Assembly: GCA_050575255.1 (NCBI GenBank)
Contig: JBNZDD010013689.1
Span: forward strand, 606,488 to 670,487
Origin: Harriotta raleighana
Lineage: Eukaryota
Direction of reading: 5' to 3'
DNA: 64,000 nucleotides
Of this stretch, positions 41,601 through 51,378 are shown piece after piece. Made by a program: the position numbers and the translations under genes. The number at the start of each line of letters is the position of its first letter. Positions within the stretch are counted from its first letter, which is position 1. A model generated the notes under the pieces. That model was not told the origin of the DNA. It made no database searches and saw only the letters and a list, made by a program, of their open reading frames with translations.

Positions 41601-44600
41601 GTTTTCCAAAGGCAAACCGTAAAAAAAAATCTTTTGTGCTGCTGATGAAAGTATCTTATCTCCATCTTTATAGAATAATGATTCAAGTTGTGCAATCATT
41701 GGTTTCTTGTGTGTGCAGCCAGATAATCTAGACCAGTGGATCTCAACCTTTGTGGTCTCAGAGCCATTTGTAAACCTAGAAGATCTGTCACAACTCAGTA
41801 AATAATTTTTGTGTAAAATGTCTGTCTTACTAAATATTTCTTACCGACGATATATAATACACATTAATGTAAACACAATGCCAGACTTTTTAAGTAAGCA
41901 GGGTCGTACCTGTGATTACATTTCTAGTGGGACTTTGGGGGAATGAAATTTCAAACATCTCACTTTTCGTCTGAACACCTTCCCGCCACAAATGCTTCGC
42001 ATACACATTGCCAGGATCTCTCTCAGTAGCCCTGCCCCACACCTGGGCTCCCATGCTGCATTCTCCACCCCGGTTGGACGTTCTCTTTCTCACATAAGCC
42101 CCAGCAACGTATTTCAAAAAAAGCAGTAAAAAGAAAGCCGATTGGCAACCCTACCAGCAAGTTTGTACAAAAAAACAGTCAAGTAGCAATACCTGTGGCA
42201 TTGAAGATAAAATGCAAAATGTCTAAATTTTCTCAATCTGTTTGCGACCCTCTGATACATTCTCGAGTCCCAATTTTGGGTGGGACCCACAGGTTGAGAA
42301 ACCCTGATCTAGACGTGCAGTTACCTTATTGACTTTATTTTGATGCAGCGACTTTTTGTGCCATATTATTCTCGTTGCAATGATCGCCTTATCCCAAGTG
42401 TACAACGTGTTGCCATATCTGATTAGTTTATTGGGTATTCGTGATTTTTGTGTTGAATAGGAAATTGTGCCCAGCTCATTAGAATTTCTGACCCAAGATT
42501 TCTTGTAACGTTTGTACTTGTGAGAATTTATGACTGAGGGTTTATTCCTGGAATACAATTTATTGACTCATATTGTTATATCATCTAGACTCTGTGTATA
42601 CTCACAAATATAGCAGATGGAACCACAGCAAAGGATCTTATCATGACTAATGATGACATTTTACAAAAAATTAAATATTACATGGTAAGTAAACTTTTTT
42701 CTAAATGATGTTGATTATGGCTTCTGTAATTATTTGAACTTTTATTTAGAAAAAAAATCAACCCTTAACAATTCAGTGGTTCATTCATAAATCTATTAAT
42801 ACAATAATTAATAAAACCCCACGGCATTGATCTAATGCAACCATATCTGTGCAGTGACTGGTTTAAATTAAATAAAAGGGCCAGATTCAAATGGTGGCAT
42901 TCTGTATGGTAGGTTTTGGAACATCAGAAACAGTAGTCGGTCATTCATTAAATGACAGTCTGTGAACAAGAGATTTGTTGAACAGCAAAAATAGAATAAT
43001 TGCCATTCCTCTTCAATGTCAGGTCCTCAGCATCTGAGAATGAGACTAGTTTTGGATGTTTGTAAATGCTCTTGAGTGGTGCCAAATGATATGGCCAGTA
43101 CATATGGAGCTCCTGTGGCTCAGTGGTTAGAGCACTCGCCTTACATGCCTTACAAGCATGAGACCTGTGTTCGAATCCAGGCAGATCAGGGCGAAACCTT
43201 GGGCAAGTTTCCTTACTCCACATGCCTAATAATAATCCCTCCAAAAAAACCACAATAATAAAATTGGTCATTTCAATCTATGACTGTTTGTGGGGGGGTG
43301 GGACGCCNACCACAATAATAAAATTGGTCATTTCAATCTATGACTGTTTGTGGGACGCCGCTGTGCACAATTGGCTGCCACGTTCCGCCCACAAATATAC
43401 AGTCAATTCACTTTACAGTATATTCTGTGAAGCGCTTTGGGACGTTGATAAGATGTGAAAAGCGCTATATCAAATGCAAGGATTATTATTATTATATAGT
43501 AGCGATATTCATATTCAGTGGTATAGTGAAAACCCCCCTGTGAAAAGCACTCTACAAATGTTTTTGCAATTGTTGTATATTGCTGATACTGTATAATTCT
43601 TACTTTTTTGAGGAGGGAGGACATTTTGATAATTTTTATTTAACAATTCTGGCTATTAATACAATTTATTAATTTCTAGGGTCATTCAAATATAAAACTC
43701 CAGCTTGCTGCTACTTTTTGTATATCTAATCTCATCTGGAGTGAGGAGGAAGGTAAGACTGGAAACAGTTCCTCAACTGCCTACATTGTACTTCCTCTTG
43801 GAAAAGGTTAGAGTTCAATTTTATTGCATTTCATGAGATTTTGGACAAAGTGTATAAATGAGGAAACTGTTCTACATCAGTCATCAATCAGTTTTATGTT
43901 CCTACCCCATACATTCTCAATTGAAGAACGTTGCAATTTTGGATAGTTAGCTTGGCCCCAAACCTTCACAAGATTGTCTGGATTTGCTGTTGGAAATGTA
44001 CAACAGTTTTAAATACAAAGAGAAAAGTCAAGATTGCCAATTAATTTAAATTTCATTTTGGAAGACTTCGTGCTGAGGTGTCTCGGACACTCCAGCCAAT
44101 GCTTTATTCTCAAGGCTTTCTTCAGCGTGGAATAAACAAGGATTGCTTCATTGTGAAGGGTGAATTGTCACTTGGTAAAGATATTATGGTCCTGTAATAT
44201 TTGCAAGACAAGATTACATCACTCATTACTGCTGCCCAATTAATTTTTGTTCCTTTAAGTTTTAACAAAGCTTATGAAACGCAGCCATTGCAGCAGTTTG
44301 CACAATAACATGGGTGTATATATATGGTGGTGGCTAATTTGGGGAACATTCATCTTAGTGTTTGGAGCTAATATTGTGACATTACTGGCTGTGCCAGAGC
44401 TCAATATACTTGGAGAATGCACGTTGTTGAAACAGCAGGATTTCAATGTAGCACTTAGAAAGTACTTCGACAACTTGGCTGATAAGCTTGTCTGTTGTGT
44501 GTGAAACTTGTCCCGGTTTAGTATGTTGTGAGCCAGCAAACACCTTATTCTGATTTGAGTTTTTGAAGTGCAACATGGATTCACATTGATTGGACTTTAA

Positions 44601-46094
44601 ACATTCAACCTAATCCAACAGTTAAATCAAAAAGAATATTGTGGGCTTAATAGCAACCTTAATAATTTGAGTGTTGACTTTTTGATTGTGAGCATAAGAC
44701 TTCAGAAATAATCTTTCACGGGGAACACTTCATTTGTGTCACTCAGAAGTCATTAATTGCAACTAACAGTTAGATAAAAGCTTTTTTTGTGTGTTTATAG
44801 ATTTCCGTGTGTTCCTGTTTGGCAAAATGTTATAATTTATTTAATTTTCCACATTAACCTTTTTGCTTTTTCATAGGTTCACATGAACGTCAGGATAAAC
44901 TCAGAGAGTTGGGCATAGTGGATATTTTACATAAATTGGTTTTATCTACAGATCCCAACCTTTGCGACAAGTAAGTATCTAGATATTAAGATATTGTATA
45001 GAATACCGTAATACTATTACGGTATTATCACTGCAAATCTTGTTAGTGTTATATCAGGAAATATACATTTCATTCCTTGAGGCTGAAGAAATATACCACT
45101 GTAGCATTATACTGATGATATAATGTTAGTTTGATGCTCCATTGTCCCTGGCACCTTCATCTGACAAAGTAATTGGCATCTTTTATCAGAGCTGCAACTC
45201 TAGAAGCCCAATTGGGACAAAAGACAAAATTAGTTCTAAATCTATCCAGACCCAAATGGTTCGTACCCATTTAATGTCGTTATATTAATTTGATTTAGAA
45301 GTAAAAGACTGATGGGCAAGGCAAACAGATTTCTTTACAAAGCGTTAGGAGTGCCATTAAACAAAAAGCTAGGGGGTTCTGTGAATGTGGACATGTTAGT
45401 TTATCTTGAAGCGTTTGACTAATGGGGATTCAGCTAATGGGAGTTATTGCTCATAGCACAGTTACAGGGTTTTTTATGCCAACCCTGTGCAGCTCTTGAA
45501 TGGATTAATAGTTCTGCTTGATGCTGGCCTTGGTATAATTTGAATATTGGTTGACTTACTCTCTTGGGATGATGCGAAGTTTCATGTGAAATGCCTGGTA
45601 ACAAAAAGCAGTTTTCTTTATTCTCAACCTATTGAATCTAATCATTGCTTCTTTAGCACTGCATCGTAACGAGTCAATTTGAAATCTTGTCACCATCTCA
45701 TACCTGTGATGAGACAAAGAACCTGTATGAGCAATTGTGTTGTGTCCAGGAAACATGGTTGACTGTTATATACCAGTTGAATGGCAATGTTGACTTTGGA
45801 TACATTTTTAATTTGGGCATTGCTACAACTTGATTTATAATAATATAATAATAATCCTTTTATTATTTTATATAGAGGTTCATCACATTGATTGAGTCAT
45901 CTCAAAGCACTTCACAGAATATACAGTACTGTAAATTGCATTGACTTTCCCAAATCAATTTAGAAATTGATTGATAAATAAAGGCAAAACCTCGTGGAAT
46001 TTTAAGCTGATTACGTACAGTTAAACAACTGCTCAGGCTCCCTTTTCGAATGTGTTCCAGGGCAAAAACAGCACTGCAGCAATTTCTGTCGTGA
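9220..46094 (+). CDS. ARMC8: ARMC8 (armadillo repeat-containing 8, Gid5 orthologue), long alpha isoform; spliced CDS of 21 exons in window, first coding exon upstream
   Basis: Hand-spliced exons total 1977 nt (658 aa + TGA), all GT-AG with compatible phases. Translation [25 protein letters not shown]...[10 protein letters not shown] is near-identical to human ARMC8 as recalled; adding the missing 15-aa first exon gives the recalled human length of 673 aa. Confidence 0.98.
9577..10130 (-). mobile_element. LINE L2 3' fragment (ORF2 C-terminus, decayed)
   Basis: Minus-strand peptide [14 protein letters not shown]...LQIIH resembles the L2 ORF2 motif SRLDYCNSLLAGLP...LQ; followed by an L2 3' end. 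Confidence 0.8.
10454..10525 (+). CDS. ARMC8: ARMC8 exon 3
   Basis: tatag|T GAC ATG...CCA AG|gtatt; [23 protein letters not shown](R). Confidence 0.97.
11147..11289 (+). CDS. ARMC8: ARMC8 exon 4
   Basis: ttgtag|A TTG...CAA G|gtaat; [47 protein letters not shown]. Confidence 0.97.
12039..12136 (+). CDS. ARMC8: ARMC8 exon 5
   Basis: ctctag|GC CTT...TAT ACA|gtacg; (G)[32 protein letters not shown]. Confidence 0.95.
13153..13245 (+). CDS. ARMC8: ARMC8 exon 6
   Basis: ttacag|GAT...TGC AAG|gttag; [31 protein letters not shown]. Confidence 0.97.
13668..13748 (+). CDS. ARMC8: ARMC8 exon 7
   Basis: tttacag|ACT...TAC AAA|gtaagt; [27 protein letters not shown]. Confidence 0.96.
13978..14053 (+). CDS. 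ARMC8: ARMC8 exon 8
   Basis: gcacag|GTT...AAT G|gtgagt; [25 protein letters not shown]. Confidence 0.97.
14221..14311 (+). CDS. ARMC8: ARMC8 exon 9
   Basis: ttttag|TG TTG...AAA TG|gtatct; (V)[29 protein letters not shown](C). Confidence 0.97.
14656..14716 (+). CDS. ARMC8: ARMC8 exon 10
   Basis: ttccag|T TTG...TTA AAG|gttcgt; [20 protein letters not shown]. Confidence 0.97.
14928..14946 (+). promoter_or_regulatory. Candidate CTCF site
   Basis: TGGTCAGTAGAGGGCACTT versus consensus TGGCCASYAGRGGGCRCTR. Confidence 0.45.
16138..16338 (+). CDS. ARMC8: ARMC8 exon 11
   Basis: ttccag|ACA...AAA AGG|gtacg; [67 protein letters not shown]. Confidence 0.98.
16761..16856 (+). CDS. ARMC8: ARMC8 exon 12
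   Basis: cctcag|CTC...AAG AAG|gtgagt; [32 protein letters not shown]. Confidence 0.98.
16857..16922 (+). CDS. ARMC8: ARMC8-beta isoform-specific C-terminus (read-through into intron 12)
   Basis: In-frame continuation past the donor gives [21 protein letters not shown], matching the recalled human beta-isoform tail [21 protein letters not shown]. Confidence 0.88.
   Translation: MSLGEGRPPVLATNRQGVTST
17317..17322 (+). terminator. Candidate intronic polyadenylation signal for ARMC8-beta
   Basis: AATAAA about 395 nt after the beta stop codon, with upstream TGTA and GT/T-rich sequence downstream. Confidence 0.65.
19212..19362 (+). mobile_element. DeuSINE 3' half
   Basis: Deu core plus tail. 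Confidence 0.8.
21103..21420 (-). mobile_element. DeuSINE, young subfamily, full length
   Basis: Near-identical to 43106-43495, including a duplicated ccttaca motif in the tRNA head. Confidence 0.92.
21783..21990 (+). mobile_element. LINE L2 3' end (further pieces at about 11345-11590, 15688-15905, 18620-18850, 25550-25840, 27686-27860, 34500-34660)
   Basis: Peptide [31 protein letters not shown]. Confidence 0.8.
22428..22562 (-). mobile_element. DeuSINE 3' half
   Basis: Tail plus Deu core, reverse orientation. Confidence 0.8.
25121..25203 (+). CDS. ARMC8: ARMC8 exon 13
   Basis: ttctag|ATA...GTC AG|gtatga; [27 protein letters not shown](R). Confidence 0.97.
25971..26052 (+). CDS. ARMC8: ARMC8 exon 14
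   Basis: tactag|G TGT...ATG AAG|gtgcc; [27 protein letters not shown]. Confidence 0.97.
26600..26830 (+). mobile_element. DeuSINE, 5'-degraded
   Basis: Deu core and tail similar to the other copies. Confidence 0.85.
27016..27262 (-). mobile_element. LINE L2 3' end
   Basis: Peptide [39 protein letters not shown] (L2 ORF2 end) and (TTG)n tail. Confidence 0.85.
27905..28141 (-). mobile_element. DeuSINE, near full length
   Basis: Reverse-complement similarity to the other copies. Confidence 0.85.
28300..28565 (+). mobile_element. LINE CR1 3' end (further decayed CR1 at about 7980-8300 and 52540-52850)
   Basis: acacagagggtggcgagaatgtggaactcactgcca...gcatttatgaggaaactagatgcatacatg encodes the CR1 ORF2 end TQRV.RMWNSLP...F.RKLD.YM; ends in a ttctatgt tail. 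Confidence 0.8.
29451..29537 (+). CDS. ARMC8: ARMC8 exon 15
   Basis: tttcag|CTG...AAA GAG|gttagt; [29 protein letters not shown]. Confidence 0.97.
29677..29806 (-). mobile_element. DeuSINE 3' half ending in a (TA)/(CA) microsatellite
   Basis: Tail plus Deu core; microsatellite at about 29608-29678. Confidence 0.8.
30234..30326 (+). CDS. ARMC8: ARMC8 exon 16
   Basis: caatag|CCC...TTA ATG|gtaagt; [31 protein letters not shown]. Confidence 0.97.
30748..31280. repeat. GA-rich polypurine low-complexity tract that flips to CT-rich at its end
   Basis: About 450 nt made almost entirely of G/A on +, then a C/T-rich run at 31190-31280. Confidence 0.85.
31283..31442 (-). mobile_element. DeuSINE central fragment
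   Basis: Deu core, reverse orientation. Confidence 0.75.
31540..31689 (+). CDS. ARMC8: ARMC8 exon 17
   Basis: tttcag|AAT...AGG CCT|gtatgt; [50 protein letters not shown]. Confidence 0.97.
32073..32168 (+). CDS. ARMC8: ARMC8 exon 18
   Basis: cgccag|CAC...GAA CAG|gtagg; [32 protein letters not shown]. Confidence 0.97.
36700..37035 (+). mobile_element. LINE L2 3' end
   Basis: Peptide [16 protein letters not shown]...[18 protein letters not shown]...FKSHLKT (L2 ORF2 end) plus tail. Confidence 0.85.
38450..38640. promoter_or_regulatory. CpG-enriched promoter-like motif cluster inside ARMC8 intron 18
   Basis: ACGTCA (38501), ACCGGAAGT (38531), second TCCGGAA (38542), TCGCACGAGA (38581) and YY1-type AAAATGGCAGCCG on minus (38608-38620), within otherwise CpG-poor DNA. 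Confidence 0.55.
39261..39277 (+). promoter_or_regulatory. Candidate CTCF site
   Basis: TCCACCAGATGGTGCTG versus core CCACCAGRKGGCGCT; about 650 bp from the promoter-like island. Confidence 0.4.
41734..42306. mobile_element. Non-autonomous hAT-Charlie DNA transposon (MER5/Chap-like), 573 bp
   Basis: Imperfect TIRs CAGTGGATCTCAACC / GGTTGAGAAACCCTG; perfect 8-bp TSD ATCTAGAC at 41726-41733 and 42307-42314, matching the Charlie NTCTAGAN target preference. Confidence 0.9.
42589..42684 (+). CDS. ARMC8: ARMC8 exon 19
   Basis: atctag|ACT...TAC ATG|gtaagt; [32 protein letters not shown]. Confidence 0.97.
43106..43495 (+). mobile_element. DeuSINE, young subfamily, full length (contains assembly N and a duplicated overlap)
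   Basis: tRNA head, Deu core and (TTA)n tail; N at 43308 flanked by a repeated segment of about 45 bp. Confidence 0.92.
43680..43752 (+). CDS. ARMC8: ARMC8 exon 20
   Basis: ttctag|GGT...GAA G|gtaaga; [24 protein letters not shown]. Confidence 0.97.
44877..44970 (+). CDS. ARMC8: ARMC8 exon 21
   Basis: tcatag|GT TCA...GAC AA|gtaagt; (G)[30 protein letters not shown](K). Confidence 0.97.
46061..46094 (+). CDS. ARMC8: ARMC8 exon 22, coding part of last exon
   Basis: ttccag|G GCA AAA ACA GCA CTG CAG CAA TTT CTG TCG TGA; [10 protein letters not shown] (human recalled as AKMALQQYLA). Confidence 0.95.
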
Positions 46095-46349
46095 GTCGTC
46101 AGCCTGGTGTTGTCCCACCCAAAGCTCCGAATACACGGCAGGAGGTGGGTTCAGTGGGAAGCTGGGCCCTGGCTCTTTTGTGCACACGTCACCTTGGACT
46201 GCAGTTTTTTTGCATGCAGTGATTCGTGAAGAAACGTTAATCATTCAGGAAGAAGCAAGCAATGCAGCGAAGAATGAGGTTCAGTCTCAACATAATTGCT
46301 TCCATGAACTCTTGGAGAGTTTATCAGACTTTGAGAACAATCTGGTTAA

Positions 46350-46385
46350 CACCCCCCCAACCCCACCCCCCCTNNNNNNNNNNNN

Positions 46386-46430
<45 letters not shown>

Positions 46431-46440
46431 ACCTCCCCAG
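46350..46440. repeat. Poly-C tract with assembly gap (N 46374-46385) in the ARMC8 3'UTR
   Basis: More than 40 consecutive C; poly-G, G4-capable, on the minus strand. Confidence 0.9.
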
Positions 46441-46925
46441 CTTCCCTTCCTTTGAGCCTGAAAGAAATTCTGCTCATGCTGCAGCTACTTTGGTGTGTGA
46501 CTGATTACTTTTCTGAATTCTTTTTTGAAATAATTTTTTCTACAGTTTTTCCAGGGTAGTGTATTGCTTGCTGAATGAATGCTGTACTTGGTGTAAAGGA
46601 TTTACTCATAGAGAACACCTTAAAGATAATGTAATATTTAAATGAAACTGTACAAAAAATATATATAATTTTGGTCAGAAGCTCCAGAGAGAGTGAGTAT
46701 GTAAAATACTGTGCATTTGATTTAACCCCAGTTTTCTTCATTTACTTTGCGACGGCATCTATTTATGGGCCTACACAGGTAGTATTTGATTCCAGGAGGA
46801 AGGGCACATTAAACTGGCCTTTACCTCTGAAAATCCAGGTACAAATCCAGCTCAGGGAAAGGTAATGAAGGAGTTCTCTCACTGGCACTCATTGACTCTT
46901 TTAAAAGCACTTACCCGATTTTCCT

Positions 46926-47226
46926 GGAGTCCAGTAGCTCAGTAGTTAGAGCACTTACCTTGCAAATGAGACTGGTTCGATTCCCTCCAGGGTGAAACCT
47001 TGGGCAAGTGTCTCCTTACTCCACATGCCTGATAATAATCCCTCAGGACAAACAACCAATAGTAAATTGGTCACTTCAATCAACGACTGTTTGTGGGACA
47101 CTGCTGTGCGCAATTGGCGACTGCATTTCACCCGCAAATAGACAGTCAATTCACTTTACAGTATATTCTGTGAAGCGCTTTGAGACGTCTAGAAGACGTG
47201 AAAAACGCTGAATCAAATGCAAGATT
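46926..47226 (+). mobile_element. DeuSINE, full length, inside the presumptive ARMC8 3'UTR
   Basis: Head gtagctcagtagttagagc...gttcgattcc, Deu core, L2-like tail. Confidence 0.9.
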
Positions 47227-48809
47227 TTAAAAAATTAAAATTCCCTTTGAACAGTTGATTGTTTTGATCTTCAGTAGAGGTTTGCTTCAATGAAAGCGGG
47301 GCTAGGAACCATTGGATTGAGCAACAGTGGTTTAACTTGCACAGTCAGCCCGACCCCTGCTGCTACCCTCCATTCTCGGGAGAGGCCTGGTGGGATTCAG
47401 TGTAGGCAGTTAGATATTGAAGCTTTTCTGAAGTTGGTGTCACAAAATAGCAATGGGTCATTTCAGGGAACATTCATACCCAAATTATGCCTCTAGTCAG
47501 ACAACCGCTTCTATTAGTCTGGCATTTTCAGTTGGTACAGCAGCTGTATTAATGGCATAGAATCACCTTCCTTCCAAGTGCGAGTTTTTTTTTCACAAGT
47601 AACAGAGCGTCAACACTTGCATCAGTACATTGGAAATCTGGAGTGGAACATCTTCCCAGTTTAATTATCCTTCATCCGCACAAGTGCTGTACAAGCAAAT
47701 GTGTGGCCACTTACATTGTAAGGTTGCTAAGTGACTCAATGGCCAACTTCAGCATCAGTTTAATTGTTCTAATCCTCTTTAATCACTAATCAAATGCTAC
47801 ACTACATATTTTAGAAGGCAGAGTAACACACAGAAGAACGTTACCCAAGATCTTTTTGTTCGCTCAAATTCAACCTGTGTAGGCCAGCCGAAACAGAATG
47901 CTGTCTTCTTTCTCTTTTTGAGTTTTAAAAGTTCCCGGTTGAAACAACTAGGTGTATGTTTTGCTGCTTTTTTGCTTTGAATCCTTCATTTCTCTCAGAA
48001 GACAGGCATTTTAATCGTAGCAATCTATCTAGTCGTTCATTGCCATGAAAAGGTTTAATATTTCTGTGCTATCGAGTTTCATGCAGCCGTACAAAGAAGG
48101 GATTTCTTCCCCTTCCCCCCGAATCTGATTCTCAGCAAATAAAAGAAACGGAAAGCTTTGTAAGGTTTTGCATTTAACTTTCCGATGTTCGTTTGTATTT
48201 GTGTTGTCGGACAAGGTCTGTTGCTGCATGGGTTCTTGGCTGTTGGCTGCTTACATCTATTACTGTCTCAGCAGTTTTTCCTTTTGTTGTTTTGTTTTAG
48301 CACCAATGGACTTTTTTTGTACAGAGACGAGAAAATGGATATAAAAAAAGTGAATATGATAACAATCAGAGACTAAAGTATTTTCTCCGAGCATTGTTTG
48401 AATATGCGACAATAACATCATTTCAAGATTAATCTGAGTGAAGCTTTTTAAATTGTGACCATTTTAAATGCACTCCAAATGGATCATTGTAATGTACTGT
48501 GTTCTAACCTAGTCTACTTCCATTTTTTTGTCCATGCGTACAGTTGATCTGAATAGGTTTTGCCTTTACACGTAAGTGTTTTAATAACACCGTCTCTGTA
48601 ATTATAATGCGAGAAGACTATCACATTTTTCTGACGTCATATAAGCTCCACTGATTGAAGTCGATTAACTAAGGACTGGCTTCTTGGGCTGTTTTATATA
48701 ACACTGGTTATGAAACATTAGTTTTTGTCTATTTACTAGAGTCTGTTGTGATATCAGTATAATGTACTCATATTCATGGCGTTTGTGTGCAGGAAATTTA
48801 TATTTTCTT

Positions 48810-48815
48810 ATTAAA
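48810..48815 (+). terminator. Candidate distal polyA signal of ARMC8-alpha (3'UTR about 2.7 kb)
   Basis: ATTAAA at the end of a long U-rich, TGTA-rich, UTR-like stretch; position inferred only. Confidence 0.4.
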
Positions 48816-49627
48816 AGAATGATTTTCAGTTAACCCATTGTACAGAATCCAAAGACTTGCATTCCTCAGTCCAGGCCCTCAATTGAAATGCTAACAATGC
48901 CTCTGAAGAAAATATAAAATATCCATAGTCAGCGCTGAAACAAAATCTCATTCCTTGGCGAATTCTCCGTTCGTTATGAGTGTGTGTGTGTGTGAGTATA
49001 TGTGTGCCTGCGCGAATCCTTATGAATCCTGATTAATGCGTCTCCATTGTGTAATCCTGCGTGATCATCCTTTCCATTTCTTCCTTGCTCTCATTCAAGG
49101 ACCACTCTTCTCATTCAGTCACTCTTCAAGCGCTTTGCGACATCCATCTCACTGCACAAGCGCAAGAATAATTTCTCAGCGTTTGTCTGCAGCACCATAT
49201 TCTTTTGTGCACACATCAGTGAGTGTGCTTGGACTCTCATCTGGATGCTGGTCTAGTCAAACTGTCCTTAAAGGCACAAAGCTGTTTATTGAGCAGTCTG
49301 AGCAGAAATCCAACTTCTGAGTCTTGAGTATTAATAGCTGGACTGAGTGCAGTGCTAAACAGCAGGTTTTCACAGCTCAACCAGAGATTCGCAGCCTGGC
49401 TGCAAATGGAAATGGTGGAAACTGGGAATTAGAAGTACATTGTAAAGCCAATTGTTAGCATTCGAAAGTCGCAATGTTTCATCCATGTTGTGCAACACTT
49501 TGATTAATCTGGCTGAAGCAGTGCTTTTACCAATTGATTCGGTTTTATTCCCAAAAATTTGAATCAAGCTTCACTTTAAAAATCAGTTAGCCTTGAATAA
49601 AACTGGAATAACCCTCACTCCATGTTG

Positions 49628-49800
49628 ATAATAACAATAATTCTTGCATTTGATGTAGCACCACATCACGTCGTTGAGGTGTCTCAAAGCGCTTCACAGA
49701 ATATACCGCAATGTGAATGAACTGTATATTTTGTTGGCGAAATGAGGCAGCCAAATTTTGCACACACAAACAGCCTTGGATTGAAGTGACCAATTTATTA
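49628..49800 (-). mobile_element. DeuSINE 3' part
   Basis: Tail plus Deu core, reverse orientation. Confidence 0.8.
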
Positions 49801-51378
49801 CTACAGTATTATTTTGTGGGTGCATCTGATACTCTGCAGCATGTATTGTAGAACAAGGTGACTTATTGGTACAGTACAAGTGTTTTATAATTGCTGAGGG
49901 TAGTACTGTATTGTGTCATGTTGCGAGTAGGTGACTCTTTAATGAGAAATACAATATATTCTCGTAAATTAAGGTACTAGAACGCCTTGAGTCATCAATC
50001 GGGGAATTCTCTGGGATGCAGTTTTGTAACGGGAGACGTATCAAATTTGCCCCTCAACCCGCCCATAACCAATCAGGGATCAAGTGAAGCAGCTTTACTG
50101 TTTCATTGGTAAATCAATGCGGTTTGTCAATCAGAGATGCACTTGGACCAATTGTGTATATGTCCAATTTTTTTTTACTAACAAAATAGCAACAACTAAA
50201 TAAAAATAACAACAAAGTTATACTTGTACAGCTCTGCTTCTGTTGAGGAGGCTGCTTCACATCTACAATCCAGCATATCCAACCCAGTTCCTTTGGATCT
50301 TCCTTTGACTTCTTCATGGATTGCCTCAAAACTACACTTTTGACCATCTTTCTCTCCCTTATCCCAGCTTCCTGCCCCCAAGGTCTCCCGACCCGAGTTC
50401 AGGTACAAACTCTGGACTGTCCCAACTCTCAACATGAATACCTATACATTAATGTAGATTTGAGTTGGTCTGTTTGCATCCAGCAGTCTCAGAGCTCCAC
50501 TGTTTACTCAATCATGAATATCTCATGAAACTTATTTCACGGAACGACAAAGATTGGATGTCTCCCTGCAGGTAAGGAGATCTCCATAGGACAAGTCTGT
50601 TCATTCCCTGGTTGTCAATTCCCAGTGATGCTGTCTTGGGAGTACCTTCAACTCATCAATGGGATATGGAGGGAAGGAAAAATAAAGGAGAAAGTTATAT
50701 TCCCCTCCCACCAAAAAAAAAACTGTTATAAGACTGATAAACTGCAAGCAATTCAGTTCAATAAAGCTCGTGAGGTAGAAATTTTCAATCCCGAGTTAAT
50801 TTGCTTGCAGTGGGGTAACGGACAATAAAATTAAGGACAGGACAGAGGTATTAATTACCACTGAAGGATGCTAAAGGAGAGTGATGGATTGGCATTGCTT
50901 GCAGTTAATTAGATGGTCTCAATTGCCATTTTCTTGTTGCAAGAAGATGCCAACTTCTGGATTTGAAATGGCTCCTCATTATTCATTAACAACTGTTCTG
51001 ATTGCTGCTCTGCTCCCTAACAAAAATGTTTTCTCTTTTTTTCTTCTTCAGTGTTAATGTACGTTGAATAACTTTTGTTCATAACTTTCTAGAAATTTAT
51101 TTGTGGGTGGGTGGGTGGGGTGTTTAGCTGGGTGTCTTGATAGAGATGGAAATCAATCATGGACGTGTTTAAGACTACAATAATCCTTACATGTGATACT
51201 GCGCCTTTCATGTCAGGAGAACGTCGCTAAATGCTTGACAGTGTACTGTATATCATTGTGTTTTATCAAATGCAAGGATTATTATTATAATAGTTTCATA
51301 TATACATGCCACCTACACATGGAAGTTTCCTGTTGTCGGGAATGGAATATGCTCTCTGGAACAACGCATCTTGCTTAC

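Noticed and set aside
43248-43360. Tandem duplication inside a SINE
   Set aside because: It flanks the N at 43308; assembly overlap artefact.
46180-46504. Polyproline ORFs
   Set aside because: Artefact of the poly-C run and N gap in the ARMC8 3'UTR.
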